Assembly: GCA_040218735.1 (NCBI GenBank)
Contig: JAVJQW010000062.1
Location: 256,001-320,000 of the forward strand
Length of the DNA stretch: 64,000 nt
Direction of reading: 5' to 3'
DNA from: Deltaproteobacteria bacterium
GTDB lineage: Bacteria; Myxococcota; Kuafuiibacteriia; Kuafuiibacteriales; Kuafuiibacteriaceae
The notes beneath the pieces are model-generated. The model was not told the DNA's origin. It searched no databases and saw only the letters and a list, made by a program, of their open reading frames with translations. Positions 35,542-45,438 of the stretch are shown piece after piece. Every line of letters begins with the position of its first letter. Position 1 is the first letter of the stretch. Made by a program: the position numbers and the translations under genes.

Positions 35542-38274
35542 CTACAGACCGAGGCCCATGGCGGTCCACACCGCCAGGAGGCGCTCCGAGAGGGCGTAAC
35601 GCGTCAACGCGAGGCCCCGCGCCGTCCTCGGGCCGACCTCCGCGAGGGCCAGCGCCGGGTCCTGGACGGCAATGAGCCCCGCGCGGTCCAACGCCATGAC
35701 CGCGGCCGGTGGCGCCTCGTCCTCCTCCGGCGCAAAGCTCAGCCCCGCGAGCAGGCGCGGATCGGTGAGGGCCGCGAAGCTGCGCGCGAGGTCGAACCGC
35801 AGACGACGGGGGTACGCGAGCAGCGCCGACGGCACCGCAGCCCACCGTGGGGGCGTGCTCCGGACCCGGACGTCGTCGGCGATACGAATGTCGATGTCCC
35901 GCCCTTCGAACGCGGTCCGCACCGCGTCGACCGCCTCGAGCGCACCCGCCGACAGCTCGGCGAGCGGCGGGGCCTCGTCGGCCTCCGTGGGGAGCGCCGG
36001 CGCTTCGAGGCGGTCCTCGAGATCGTCGATCCACCCCGGCGGCACCGGCGCCCGCGGGGTCGGCTCGAGCTCGTGCCGATGCGCTTCGTAGGTCATGCGG
36101 TCCGCGGCGTCGTCCACGCTCCGGGCGACGAGCACCGCAGAAGCGAGGAACGCACCGATCCGATCCTGCCGCTCCACACACGCCATCCGCACGCACCGCA
36201 GCGCCTCGTCGACGAGCACGTGGTCCGCGAAGCGCGTCGACAGCTCGAACGCCGTCTTCGCCGCTTCGATGTCGCCGGGGTCCACCGACAACGCGGCGCG
36301 GAGGAGCCGCACCCCCGTGCCTCCGTCCCCGCGATCCACGGCCCGCCGCGCGAGCGCGATGCGCAGGACGTTCGTCGAGGGCTCTTCGAAGCGCTCCGCG
36401 AGCGCCTGCGCGCGGTCCTCGTCGACCACGTCGACCAGCGCCGCCGCGACCTCGGCGTCGTCGGGGTCCTCGGCGCACACCCCTTCGAGGAACCGCGCGG
36501 CGACCTCGGTCCGGCCGACCGCGTACGCCGCGAGCCCGACGTCGCGCCGCACCTCGAGCTCGGCTTCGGCGGTCACGTCGAGCAACCCGTCGCACCATGG
36601 TCCACCCACGCGCGCGAGCGCGGCCGCCTCACACGTGAGCGCGGCGCGTAGCGCATCGTCGTTGGCGACCTCCCAGGCGCTGATCAGCGCGCGCTCCGCG
36701 GCGGTGAAGTCACCACCGACCCGCGCCAGGCGCGCCAGCGGCAACCCGACGTCCGCACGAAGCTCCACACCGACGCCATCGAGCCCTGCGCTCGCCTCCA
36801 CGAACCGGCCCTGGCGCACGAGGCCCAGCACGGCCTCCGCGCCCAGGCTCCCGGAGGCGTCCAGCAGGGTCGGGGCGCCGAACGCGTCCTCTTCGGTCGA
36901 CGGTGCGAAGGCCGCATCATGGAGCGTCGGCGCGTCGAACGGGCTCGCCTTCGGATCGAGCAGGGTCGGCGCATCGAAGCCCGACTCGGGCTCCGTCGGG
37001 ACGTCGGCCAACGGCGACCGCGAATCGGGTTGGGTGTCGGGGCCACGCGCGAGCATCGCCTTCGCCTCGCGCTCCACGACGCGCGCGCCCTCCGAGTCCC
37101 CCACGTCCTCGCGGAGCACCCGTGCCAGGCGCATCAGGATCGCGCCGCGGTCCGGCCCGGGCAGCCAGGTGTGCGAAGCGCCGGCCGCCAGCACGCGCGC
37201 GAGGAGGCGCGGCGCGTCGAGGGTCTTCGCGAGCCGCTCCGAAGCCGCGAGCGTCTCTTCGAGTGAGTCCTTGTAGATCGCGTTGCGGACCAGCTCGACG
37301 AGGACGCGAATGCGACGCGGTCCGTCCGTCACGTGCTCGGACAACGCGAGCAAACCGTCGGGCCCCGCCGCCGCGGCGCGACGCTCCAGCGCACGCGCGA
37401 GCCCCTCTTCGTCACCGCTGGCACGCACCACACGGACCATCGCTTCGAAGTACGTGATCTGCTGCGGCGCATCCGCGAACGCCGCAGCGCGCACGCGATC
37501 CGCGGCCGTGGGATCCTGCGCACCGTCCGCACCGCTCGCGATCTCGTCGAGCAGCGCGACGCGCCGGGGGATCGACATCCACGGCAGCACCCGCGCCGCG
37601 ACGTCGTACAGCCCCTTCGAGAGGCCGAGCTCGATCGCCTTCTCGACCAGGCTCTGGTCCAGGGGCGCCCGCGCACCGATCGCGTGACGCAGCTGCTCGA
37701 GGGCTTCGTCCGGATCGTCGTCGGTGGACGTCTCCTCGAACCGCAGCGGGCCGGTCTCGACCGCGCTCAGCTCGACCCGGCTCTTGCGCCCTTCCCGCTC
37801 CGCCGCGAGCCGATCGTCGATGCGATCCGCCGCCCGTTCCGCGTCGGCCGACAGCGGCGTGTGTGGCGAGAGTCGCGCCGCCTCCCGGTACAGACCGCGC
37901 GCCTCTGCGATGCGGCCGAGGTTCGTCGCGAGCACGTCCGCGCGCCGCACCACGAGGCGCGCGCGCGTCGCTTGTTTCTCGGTGGCGCGTGCGGCGAGCG
38001 CGAGGAGATCGGCGAGATCCTCGTGGGCCTCCATCCGCTGCGCGAGCGACAGCGCGCGTCCGATCGCGAGACGAGCGCCCGGCGCGTCCTTCAGGACTCG
38101 CCGCAGCAGCACCATCGCGGCGCGCGGGTCGTTCAGCTCGCTGTCGCGGATGTCCGCGGCGCGCACCAGCATCTCGACGCCGACATCACCGGCGAGCGCG
38201 ATGCCCGTCGCTTCCAGCTCTTCCGCGAGTCGACGCGACGCTTCGCGGTCGCGAGCGCCCTCCCCGTCCGCCAC
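35542..38274 (-). CDS. large alpha-solenoid (TPR-like) protein
   Basis: 910-aa Ala/Leu/Arg-rich helical repeats (LGRIAEARGLYREAARLSP, LRAALSVDPGD). Co-directional with neighbours. Confidence 0.7.
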   Translation of the reverse strand: MADGEGARDREASRRLAEELEATGIALAGDVGVEMLVRAADIRDSELNDPRAAMVLLRRVLKDAPGARLAIGRALSLAQRMEAHEDLADLLALAARATEKQATRARLVVRRADVLATNLGRIAEARGLYREAARLSPHTPLSADAERAADRIDDRLAAEREGRKSRVELSAVETGPLRFEETSTDDDPDEALEQLRHAIGARAPLDQSLVEKAIELGLSKGLYDVAARVLPWMSIPRRVALLDEIASGADGAQDPTAADRVRAAAFADAPQQITYFEAMVRVVRASGDEEGLARALERRAAAAGPDGLLALSEHVTDGPRRIRVLVELVRNAIYKDSLEETLAASERLAKTLDAPRLLARVLAAGASHTWLPGPDRGAILMRLARVLREDVGDSEGARVVEREAKAMLARGPDTQPDSRSPLADVPTEPESGFDAPTLLDPKASPFDAPTLHDAAFAPSTEEDAFGAPTLLDASGSLGAEAVLGLVRQGRFVEASAGLDGVGVELRADVGLPLARLARVGGDFTAAERALISAWEVANDDALRAALTCEAAALARVGGPWCDGLLDVTAEAELEVRRDVGLAAYAVGRTEVAARFLEGVCAEDPDDAEVAAALVDVVDEDRAQALAERFEEPSTNVLRIALARRAVDRGDGGTGVRLLRAALSVDPGDIEAAKTAFELSTRFADHVLVDEALRCVRMACVERQDRIGAFLASAVLVARSVDDAADRMTYEAHRHELEPTPRAPVPPGWIDDLEDRLEAPALPTEADEAPPLAELSAGALEAVDAVRTAFEGRDIDIRIADDVRVRSTPPRWAAVPSALLAYPRRLRFDLARSFAALTDPRLLAGLSFAPEEDEAPPAAVMALDRAGLIAVQDPALALAEVGPRTARGLALTRYALSERLLAVWTAMGLGL

Positions 38275-38301
38275 GGGCGGGAGGTTAACGAAGGTTGCGA
38301 C

Positions 38302-40056
38302 CTAATACGACTGCCGCTGCAGGATGAACGGCACGACGATCTGCTGCGCCGGCCCCTCGAACGTCGGGAAACGCCAGCCCTTGATCTTCTTCGCGATGCA
38401 GCTGCCCAGGCGACTCCCGGAGAATGCGGTCGTCGCGACGTCGACCTTCGAGACCTTGCCGCTCGACTCGACCGTCACTTCGAACTCGATCTTGCCGCCG
38501 AGGTTCTCCTGCGCGCGCAGCGACACCTCGAAGCACGTCGACACTGCGCCCTTGCGCGCCGCGATGACGCGGTTGATGTCGCTCTCGGTCAGCGCGCCCG
38601 CGCGATCCGGCGGCGCGACGTCCTCGATACCCGACCCCGGGAGCTGCGCGTCCTTCACGCCCGCGACACCCGCGGCGCCGCCCGTCCGCAGCGGGTCGTC
38701 GATCGCGATGCCTTCGGCTTCGCCGGCGCCGCGCGTCCCGCGGTCGAGGCCCGCGACGGCACCGTCTTCGATGTAGCCGCCCTCGGTCGTCTTCTTCTTC
38801 GTGGCCGTCGACTTCTTCTTCTTCACCACGCGCTTTTTGGGCTTCTTCCCCTCGAGGAGGTGCGCGTAGTTGCCGTCGTCCTCGTCGTCGACGAGCTCGT
38901 CCGAGTCCTCGCCATCCGCGTCCGCGCGCGCGAACGGGTTGCCGATCCCCGGGATGCTGATCTGGATGATCCCGTTGGCCCAGGCCCCGACGAACGCCGC
39001 GATGAGCAGCACCGCGACCCCGCCGATCATGAACCCGACCCGGTTGCGCTTGCGCTTCTCGTTGACGCCGGCCGCGGCCACGAAGAACCGCGTCGACTCG
39101 CGCACGACGTCCGGCTCGTCCTCGGCGCGCGGGACGTTCGCGAAGATGTCGTCTTCCTTCGCCTCGAACGCGAGGAGGTCTTCGATCGAAGGTGTGTGGT
39201 CATCGCCCGCGACCTTCGCGGACGCCACCGCCTGCGAGGCCCGCTCGGCGGCCTCGGGCTCGGCGCGGGTCGTCTGCCCCTCGCCCTCGATCCCGAGCGC
39301 CTCGTTCAGCACGACGTCGAGCTGCTCGGCGCGGTCGGTCTTGGTCGCCTCTTCCTCGACGGGCCCCAGCACGCCGGCCTGTTCGACCGCGGTCTGATCG
39401 TCGTCGGCGACGTCGTCGTCGATCGGAGTGGCGCCGAGCTGCCCGCGCGCGGCGCGCGCCGACGCCATGTCCACGACGTTGTCGGGATCCGAACGCGGCG
39501 CGGGTGCTTCGATGGAGACGGGCGGCGGGGGCGGCGGCTTCTTCTTCGGCGCCGTGATGTATTCGGCGAGATCCGCGACGTCGCGGACGCGCTGCCAGTT
39601 GTCCATCCCGTCGTGCCACACGTAGTGGCGGCCGATGACCTCGCGGTTCTTCAGCTTGCCGACGAGCTCGGCGAAGGCATACGGCCCGTGTTGCGCCCCG
39701 TCGATCGCGACGTACCATTCGACGCCGGCGATCTCGAGGTTGGCCGGCACCGGCGCGATGCTAGTGGGCATGTCGTCTGCTTCCGCGGAGCCTCGGTCCA
39801 TGGCGACGTCGTAGGCCGAGGCGAGCGCGGCCGAGCCGCCCACGCGGGCGACCTTACCGCTACGCTGGACCTCTCCTACCTTTTCCTCTTCGGCCACCGG
39901 GGCGACGGCTGTACCCCCTCCGGCGTCGCGGGCGAGCGATTCGCGGACCAGGATCTTCGAACCGCACTTCTTACAGCGGATGGTCAGGATCTTCCCTCGG
40001 ACCTTTTCGTCCGAGATCTGGTACTTCGTCCGGCAGCTCCCGCAGAGAAACTTCAT
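38302..40056 (-). CDS. AgmX/GltJ-like protein: zinc ribbon + GYF_2 + TM + AgmX/PglI C-terminal TonB-like domain
   Basis: MKFLCGSC..RCKKC, WYVAIDGAQHGPY..VWHDGMDNW, one TM and CFEVSL..GSCIAKKIKGWRFP. Confidence 0.88.
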   Translation of the reverse strand: MKFLCGSCRTKYQISDEKVRGKILTIRCKKCGSKILVRESLARDAGGGTAVAPVAEEEKVGEVQRSGKVARVGGSAALASAYDVAMDRGSAEADDMPTSIAPVPANLEIAGVEWYVAIDGAQHGPYAFAELVGKLKNREVIGRHYVWHDGMDNWQRVRDVADLAEYITAPKKKPPPPPPVSIEAPAPRSDPDNVVDMASARAARGQLGATPIDDDVADDDQTAVEQAGVLGPVEEEATKTDRAEQLDVVLNEALGIEGEGQTTRAEPEAAERASQAVASAKVAGDDHTPSIEDLLAFEAKEDDIFANVPRAEDEPDVVRESTRFFVAAAGVNEKRKRNRVGFMIGGVAVLLIAAFVGAWANGIIQISIPGIGNPFARADADGEDSDELVDDEDDGNYAHLLEGKKPKKRVVKKKKSTATKKKTTEGGYIEDGAVAGLDRGTRGAGEAEGIAIDDPLRTGGAAGVAGVKDAQLPGSGIEDVAPPDRAGALTESDINRVIAARKGAVSTCFEVSLRAQENLGGKIEFEVTVESSGKVSKVDVATTAFSGSRLGSCIAKKIKGWRFPTFEGPAQQIVVPFILQRQSY

Positions 40057-40156
40057 GCCCAATTCCCGGGGTGACCCCCCGCGCCTAGATGCGAAGGGGA
40101 GTGTACCAGATACGAACGGTCGGCGACGGTCACAATAGGCCGATCAGAGTCATCGA

Positions 40157-41548
40157 TCAGAGCAGACCGATGAGGTGCGCCTTGATGGTCTTGCGAACCG
40201 CGGTGCTCGGGCTGGCTTCCAGCGCACGCATCCACAGCTCCACCGCCTTGGACTTGAAGCCCTGGCGCTCGTAGAGCACGGCGAGGTTCTTGAGTGCGGA
40301 GAATTGTCCCGGTGCCAGCTCGACGACGCGCTCGTACTGCGAGATCGCCTCGTACATCTTGCCGGCGCGGTGTAGGGCAGTCCCGAGCACGAAGTGTGCG
40401 CGCGGGTCGAACGGGTCCGCGCGGACGGCGGTCTGGGCGTGCTCGATCATGCGCTCGAGGTCGCCGGCCTTCGCCGCCTGGGCCGCCTTCGCGACCTCCT
40501 CGGCGGCGCGACGGTTCGCCTCGGCGCGATCCGCGGGCGGCGGGCCGCCCTGCACCTTGCTGAGCACCTCTTCGACCTTGTGGACGAGCTCCATCACGCG
40601 GAACGGCTTCGTGATGTACTCGTCCGCGCCGTAGATGCGCTTCACGTCCTGGATGAAGTTCCAGCCGGTGTAGATCGCCGAGATGATGATCACCGGGACG
40701 TGCGCGTACTGCTGCGACTTCTTGATCTGGCTGCAGATCTCGAACCCGTGGATCTCGGGGAGCATCGCGTCGAGCAGGACGATGTCCGGGTCGTGGGCGC
40801 GGAGCTGATCGAGCGCCTCGCGCCCGCGCGCCGCCGTGACGACCTCCAAGCCGCGGTGTGACAGCGCCTTTTGGATGATGTCGAGGATCTCGGGCTCGTC
40901 GTCGACGGCCAGGACCAGCGGCTTTTCGCGCGCGGGGCGCGGGGCCTTCTCGACGGGGAGCGCCGGGAACGCGTCGAGCGCCGTGCTGGACAGCTCCGGC
41001 TGCATGTCGGCGTCCTGCGCCTGCTCGAGCGGCGCGGTGACGACTTCGAGGTGCGCCTCGTCGTGCTCGGCGGCGGCGCCCTTGCAGACGGCGTCGCCGT
41101 TGTCGCGCGCCATGTACGCGGCGGCGATCATCTCGTCGAGGCGGACCCGCGGGGCGACGTGGGGCAACACGGCCCGGCCCGAGGCAAACGCGATCTCGTC
41201 GAGGAGCGCCTGGTGCTTCGGGTTGGTGATGGCGAGCGCGAGCGCTCCACCGACCTCCCCCACCGGAAGGACGCCGTGGGACGCCGCGACCTCCCGCGGG
41301 AGGACGGCGAGGAGCTTGGTCGGGATGGTGCACTTCGAGAGGACCACGCCGGGGACGCCGAACTGCTCGGCGAGCGCCGTCGTAACCTCGGCTTCGTCCG
41401 CGAATCCGAGGCGGATCAGGGTCGAGCCGAGCGGGAGGAGCGAGACACCCTGGGCCTCGGCGGCCTTTTCGAGCGCGCCCTTCTCCACGGAGCCCCGCCG
41501 CAGGAGGATCTGGCCGATCGTTGGCGTATCGCTTTGGGCCGTCGCCAT
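40157..41548 (-). CDS. response regulator with N-terminal MshEN/T2SSE_N domain and C-terminal TPR
   Basis: IGQILLRRG..LGSTLIRLG..ALAEQFG, receiver motifs VDDE, LLDAMLP and TKPF, and C-terminal TPRs. The start could be 41602. Confidence 0.88.
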   Translation of the reverse strand: MATAQSDTPTIGQILLRRGSVEKGALEKAAEAQGVSLLPLGSTLIRLGFADEAEVTTALAEQFGVPGVVLSKCTIPTKLLAVLPREVAASHGVLPVGEVGGALALAITNPKHQALLDEIAFASGRAVLPHVAPRVRLDEMIAAAYMARDNGDAVCKGAAAEHDEAHLEVVTAPLEQAQDADMQPELSSTALDAFPALPVEKAPRPAREKPLVLAVDDEPEILDIIQKALSHRGLEVVTAARGREALDQLRAHDPDIVLLDAMLPEIHGFEICSQIKKSQQYAHVPVIIISAIYTGWNFIQDVKRIYGADEYITKPFRVMELVHKVEEVLSKVQGGPPPADRAEANRRAAEEVAKAAQAAKAGDLERMIEHAQTAVRADPFDPRAHFVLGTALHRAGKMYEAISQYERVVELAPGQFSALKNLAVLYERQGFKSKAVELWMRALEASPSTAVRKTIKAHLIGLL

Positions 41549-41700
41549 GGGGGGCAGGCGGGAAGGTAACGCGCCTTCGGCGAAGTCGGAAGTGTGTACC
41601 ATGTCGATACCGTCAGATCGGACGATCGCCCCGGATCAGAAGGTGCGAGCACACGCACGTGACGAAATTCGAGACGTTCGCGCAGAGCGCCCGCCGGCGG

Positions 41701-42714
41701 TCAGCGGCGGCGACCGACGGTGATCGGGTAGTCCACGTTGCGGACTTCACCCTTGTATTCGCGCCATCGGACCTTCGCGAGCTGCTGGGTCATGCACGCG
41801 TTGAGCTCCGAGCGGCGCAGGAAGCGGTCCTTCAGGCTGACGTTCTGGGCGCGCCCCGCGTTGTTCACCGAGAAGCGCAGCACGATCTGCTCGCCGACGC
41901 TCTCCGGGTCGCGCTGCATCTGACCCACGATGCAACGCTTGAATCCGCTGAACGCCCGGGCGACCCCCGCCATGATCTCCTCGCGCGTGAGCTCGCCCGT
42001 CTGGGCCTTGCCCCCGGAGAAACTCGCGACCCGGCGACGGCGGCGGCGCTTCTTCGACTTCTTGCCCGTCGGCGCGGGCTCGTCGACCAGCGCGAGGAGC
42101 GGCGGCTCGATGGTGACGCTCGCGAGGAGGTCGTCCATCTCCTTGCGGAGGGCGTCCTCCTGCGCGGCCTTGTCGGCCTCCGCCGCCTGCTCGCGCGACG
42201 TGATGATGTACCAAGGTATGGCGACCGCGGCCGCGACGACGACGGCGACGGTGCCGCCGATCAGGGTCGCGCGTTTCTTGAAGCGCTCCTTGGCGACGCG
42301 GCGTGCCTGCTCCTCGGCTTCGCGGACCTCTTCGAGGTGCGCTTGGACCTTCGGCAGGTGCGCGCGGAAGACGCCGATGCGGCGCAGCGGGGAGAACTCA
42401 CCGTCCTCGACGGCCACGAGCGTCTCCGCGTCGACCTCGGCTTTGTAGAGCATCTCGAGGAGCTCTTTGCTCTTCACCGGCCCGAAGACCTGACCTTGCT
42501 GCTGGTACAGCCAGTTCGTGTCGAGGCTGCGGGCTTTGTCGGTGCCCTCCTCGAGCATGTCCGCGAACAGATCCGCGTCGCTCGCGATGCCCGACCCCGC
42601 GCGCGGCGGCGCCTTCGGACGGGGCGGCGGCCGCGGCGGGCCGTCCTGATCGTCCATCAGATCCGCATAGGCGTCCGCGTCGTCCGCGATCCCGTCGTCC
42701 CGCCCTGCCGACAT
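41701..42714 (-). CDS. GYF-like + TM + AgmX/PglI C-terminal domain protein
   Basis: WLYQQQGQVFGPV, a TM helix, then FKRCI..LRFSVNNAG..CMTQQLAKVRW..YPI. Confidence 0.8.
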   Translation of the reverse strand: MSAGRDDGIADDADAYADLMDDQDGPPRPPPRPKAPPRAGSGIASDADLFADMLEEGTDKARSLDTNWLYQQQGQVFGPVKSKELLEMLYKAEVDAETLVAVEDGEFSPLRRIGVFRAHLPKVQAHLEEVREAEEQARRVAKERFKKRATLIGGTVAVVVAAAVAIPWYIITSREQAAEADKAAQEDALRKEMDDLLASVTIEPPLLALVDEPAPTGKKSKKRRRRRRVASFSGGKAQTGELTREEIMAGVARAFSGFKRCIVGQMQRDPESVGEQIVLRFSVNNAGRAQNVSLKDRFLRRSELNACMTQQLAKVRWREYKGEVRNVDYPITVGRRR

Positions 42715-42771
42715 GCCGGCGCATGGTATGCCACGAATTCGGGCTGCGTCGAGAGCCCCTCGTGAATCCAT

Positions 42772-43476
42772 TCAGTAGACGACGCGCGTGAGGTAGAGCC
42801 CGTCCGGAGCCAGCGGTGTGGCTGTCCGCGTGCGGTCCCGAGTATGGGAGAGCGCGACGAGGTAGTCGTCCGGGGCACCGGCTTGGACCGCGGCGATCGC
42901 GGTCGCGGTCAACACGCGTACCTGCCGTCGCAGGAACCCGTCGGCGGCGAGCTCGACGCGGAGTCGTGACCCGTCGCGTCGTGCCCGCGCCGTGTGCAGG
43001 TGACGAACGGTGCTCTTGCCCCTCGGGGTGTCGCGCGCGAAGGCGGAGAAGTCACGGCGCCCGAGCAGCTGGACCAGTAGTCGGTCGACGCGCGTCGCGT
43101 CGACGTCGCTGTCGACGAAGTAGACGTAGGCGCGACCCCGCGCGGAGAAGGCCGCGTGGAAGTGACGCGGGACCTCTTCGACGTTGAGCGCGGCGAGCGC
43201 TTCGGGTGCAGCGCGATCGATGACGTCGCGGACCGCTTCCGTCGTCACGGGTGTGCGCGTGTGAAACGAGATGACCTGCCCGGTGGCGGAGACACCGCGG
43301 TCGGTGCGCCCGGCGACGGCGAGGCCGGTCGCTTCGATCGGCTCGAGCGCGGCGCGCAGGGCACCTTCGACCGTCACGCGGTCGGGCTGTCGCGCGAATC
43401 CGAAGAACGCCGCGCCGTCGTAGGCGAGCGTCACCTTGAACGTCCGGCGCGGACGCTTCGGCGGGGTCGCGGTCAA
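42772..43476 (-). CDS. truA: tRNA pseudouridine(38-40) synthase
   Basis: LAYDG..FFGFARQ, AGRTDRGV, FHAAFSA, DFSAF, GFLRRQVR and GLYL motifs. Confidence 0.9.
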   Translation of the reverse strand: MTATPPKRPRRTFKVTLAYDGAAFFGFARQPDRVTVEGALRAALEPIEATGLAVAGRTDRGVSATGQVISFHTRTPVTTEAVRDVIDRAAPEALAALNVEEVPRHFHAAFSARGRAYVYFVDSDVDATRVDRLLVQLLGRRDFSAFARDTPRGKSTVRHLHTARARRDGSRLRVELAADGFLRRQVRVLTATAIAAVQAGAPDDYLVALSHTRDRTRTATPLAPDGLYLTRVVY

Positions 43477-45335
43477 CGCACCCGGCGGCGGAGCTGCTCG
43501 ATGACGGAGTCGATCTCGGGCGCCATCGGGTGGCTCGGGCCGAGCTCACGCGCGCGTTCGTAGGCGCGCATCGCGGAGTCGTAGCGCCCCGAGAACTGAT
43601 CCGCGGAGCCCTTCAACACCCACGCACGATACGAGCGCGGATCGATCGCGAGCGCGCGGTCCGCCATCGCGCGGGCCTCGCCGAGCCGACCCGTGTCGAC
43701 GTAGACCTGCCCGCTCAGCACGAACACCGCAGCGTCGTCGGGACGCGAGCCGCGCAGCTGATCGAGGAGGCGCCCCGCCTCGCGATACCTTCCGGCGTCG
43801 AGGAGGCGCTCGGCGCGTTTGACGTCCTCGGGTGCGTCCGGCGCCGCGATCGTGGCGCGGTTGGCGTCGGAGGAGTCCGGCGTCACGGTCGCCGTGGCGA
43901 CCGTCGCGGTCGTCGTCGTCGACACGATCAGCGGGGGCGGCGGAGGCGGCGGAGGCGGAGGCGGAGGGTCCTCGCCGCGCATGCTCCAGAGCACCGCGCC
44001 GATCACCAACACCGCGACGAGCGCGACGATCCAGCCGGTGGATCCCGAGCCCCCGCTGACACCCGCTTCGCGCAACACCGCGTCGTCGTCGTCCGCGGGG
44101 CCGGGGCGCCGCGTGCTGATCGGGACCTGCGCCCGCACCCGCGCGGCGGAGTCGGAGCGCATCGGCGGCGCCGATGCCGCGCCGGAGGACGCCGCGCCCG
44201 GCGACGCTCCCACGGCCGCCGCGCCCGAGGACGCCGCGCCCGAGGACGCCGCGCCCGAGGACGCCGCATCGTAGGACGCCGCGCCCGAGGACGCCGCATC
44301 GTAGGACGCGCCCGGCGAAGCGCTAGAGGACGGCGCATCGTAGGACACGCCCGGCGAAGCGCCAGAGGACGCCGCATCGTAGGACACGCCCGGCGAAGCG
44401 CCGGAGGACGCCGCGCCCTGTGACGCCGCGCCCGACGCTGACCCCCGCGCGGCGGATGACGCCGGCGCGCCCGGTGACTGCGCGCCGGACGACTGCGATG
44501 GTGACGCACCCGGCGACGGTGCGGACGACGGCGCGCCCACGCCGCCCACCGGCGGGAGCGGCGCGGCGGCGACGGGCGGCGGCGTCGGGGCCTCCGAGGC
44601 GTCGGACGGAAGCTCGCGCGTCTGCTCGATCGGCTGACGCCCCGGCGCGACGAAGGCGTTCGAGAACGCGTCATCGGAAGCGAGCGCCGAGGGTGCCCCC
44701 TCGCCCCAGTCGTCGCCGACCGCGGTCGGCGTCGGTGCGAGCTCGGAGGCCGGCGCGGCCGGCTGACTCGGCGCGGGGAGCAACGGGTCGTGGCGTTCGA
44801 CGACGCCGAGATCGAAGAGGCGGCGAAGGATGCGCGCGGTCAGCGCGCACGGGTGCCCGGCGGCGCGCGTCACCGACGCGACGGTGTGCTCGCCGTCGAT
44901 GAGCTTCAGGATGGCGGTCGCGGCGTCCGGAATCTGCGCGCTCACCTCGGCGATCCGATCGGATCGTGTGGCGAGCACGGCGGCGATGCCTCCGAGCGGC
45001 GCGACGAGATCGAGGTACGCGAGCGCCGCGACCTCGGCCTCGGCGAAGGCCTCCTCGAACGGGACGGGATCCCCGGGCGCCGCCTTCGGCACCGGGTCGA
45101 CCTCGACGTGACCTTCGCGCGCGATCGCCGCCCACAAGAGCGCGTCGGTGCCGCTCCACACCGCGGTGCGCACCATCGTGATCGCGCCGTCCTGCATGAA
45201 CAGATCGATCGCGGGCGCCGCGTCGCCGGCCGCGTCCGAGGGGACGACGCGAACGAGCTGCGTACGTTCGAGCTGTCCGAGACGTTCGAAGAGCGCAGCC
45301 TTGGATTCGGCGTCGAAGGGGACGGGACGCGACAT
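43473..45335 (-). CDS. DUF4388-like/TM/TPR membrane protein with low-complexity repeat linker
   Basis: LFMQDGAI, ILKLIDGEHTV..LRRLFDLG, a long Ser/Ala/Gly linker, one TM and C-terminal TPRs. Start uncertain (45335 or 45434). Confidence 0.72.
   Translation of the reverse strand: MSRPVPFDAESKAALFERLGQLERTQLVRVVPSDAAGDAAPAIDLFMQDGAITMVRTAVWSGTDALLWAAIAREGHVEVDPVPKAAPGDPVPFEEAFAEAEVAALAYLDLVAPLGGIAAVLATRSDRIAEVSAQIPDAATAILKLIDGEHTVASVTRAAGHPCALTARILRRLFDLGVVERHDPLLPAPSQPAAPASELAPTPTAVGDDWGEGAPSALASDDAFSNAFVAPGRQPIEQTRELPSDASEAPTPPPVAAAPLPPVGGVGAPSSAPSPGASPSQSSGAQSPGAPASSAARGSASGAASQGAASSGASPGVSYDAASSGASPGVSYDAPSSSASPGASYDAASSGAASYDAASSGAASSGAASSGAAAVGASPGAASSGAASAPPMRSDSAARVRAQVPISTRRPGPADDDDAVLREAGVSGGSGSTGWIVALVAVLVIGAVLWSMRGEDPPPPPPPPPPPPLIVSTTTTATVATATVTPDSSDANRATIAAPDAPEDVKRAERLLDAGRYREAGRLLDQLRGSRPDDAAVFVLSGQVYVDTGRLGEARAMADRALAIDPRSYRAWVLKGSADQFSGRYDSAMRAYERARELGPSHPMAPEIDSVIEQLRRRVR
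44185..44420. repeat. in-frame tandem repeats with 15-bp and 39-bp units (SSGAA / SSGASPGVSYDAA)
   Basis: GAGGACGCCGCGCCC repeats with a 15-bp period. GCATCGTAGGAC recurs at 44296, 44335 and 44374. Confidence 0.9.
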
Positions 45336-45438
45336 CGGCCGCTCCTGGATAACGTGCCGAACGAGAGCGGTCCAGCTTACGAACGGGCGAGTCGACCTTG
45401 GCGTCGGCGCCGAAGATGAGGCAGCCTTCGCCACCGTG

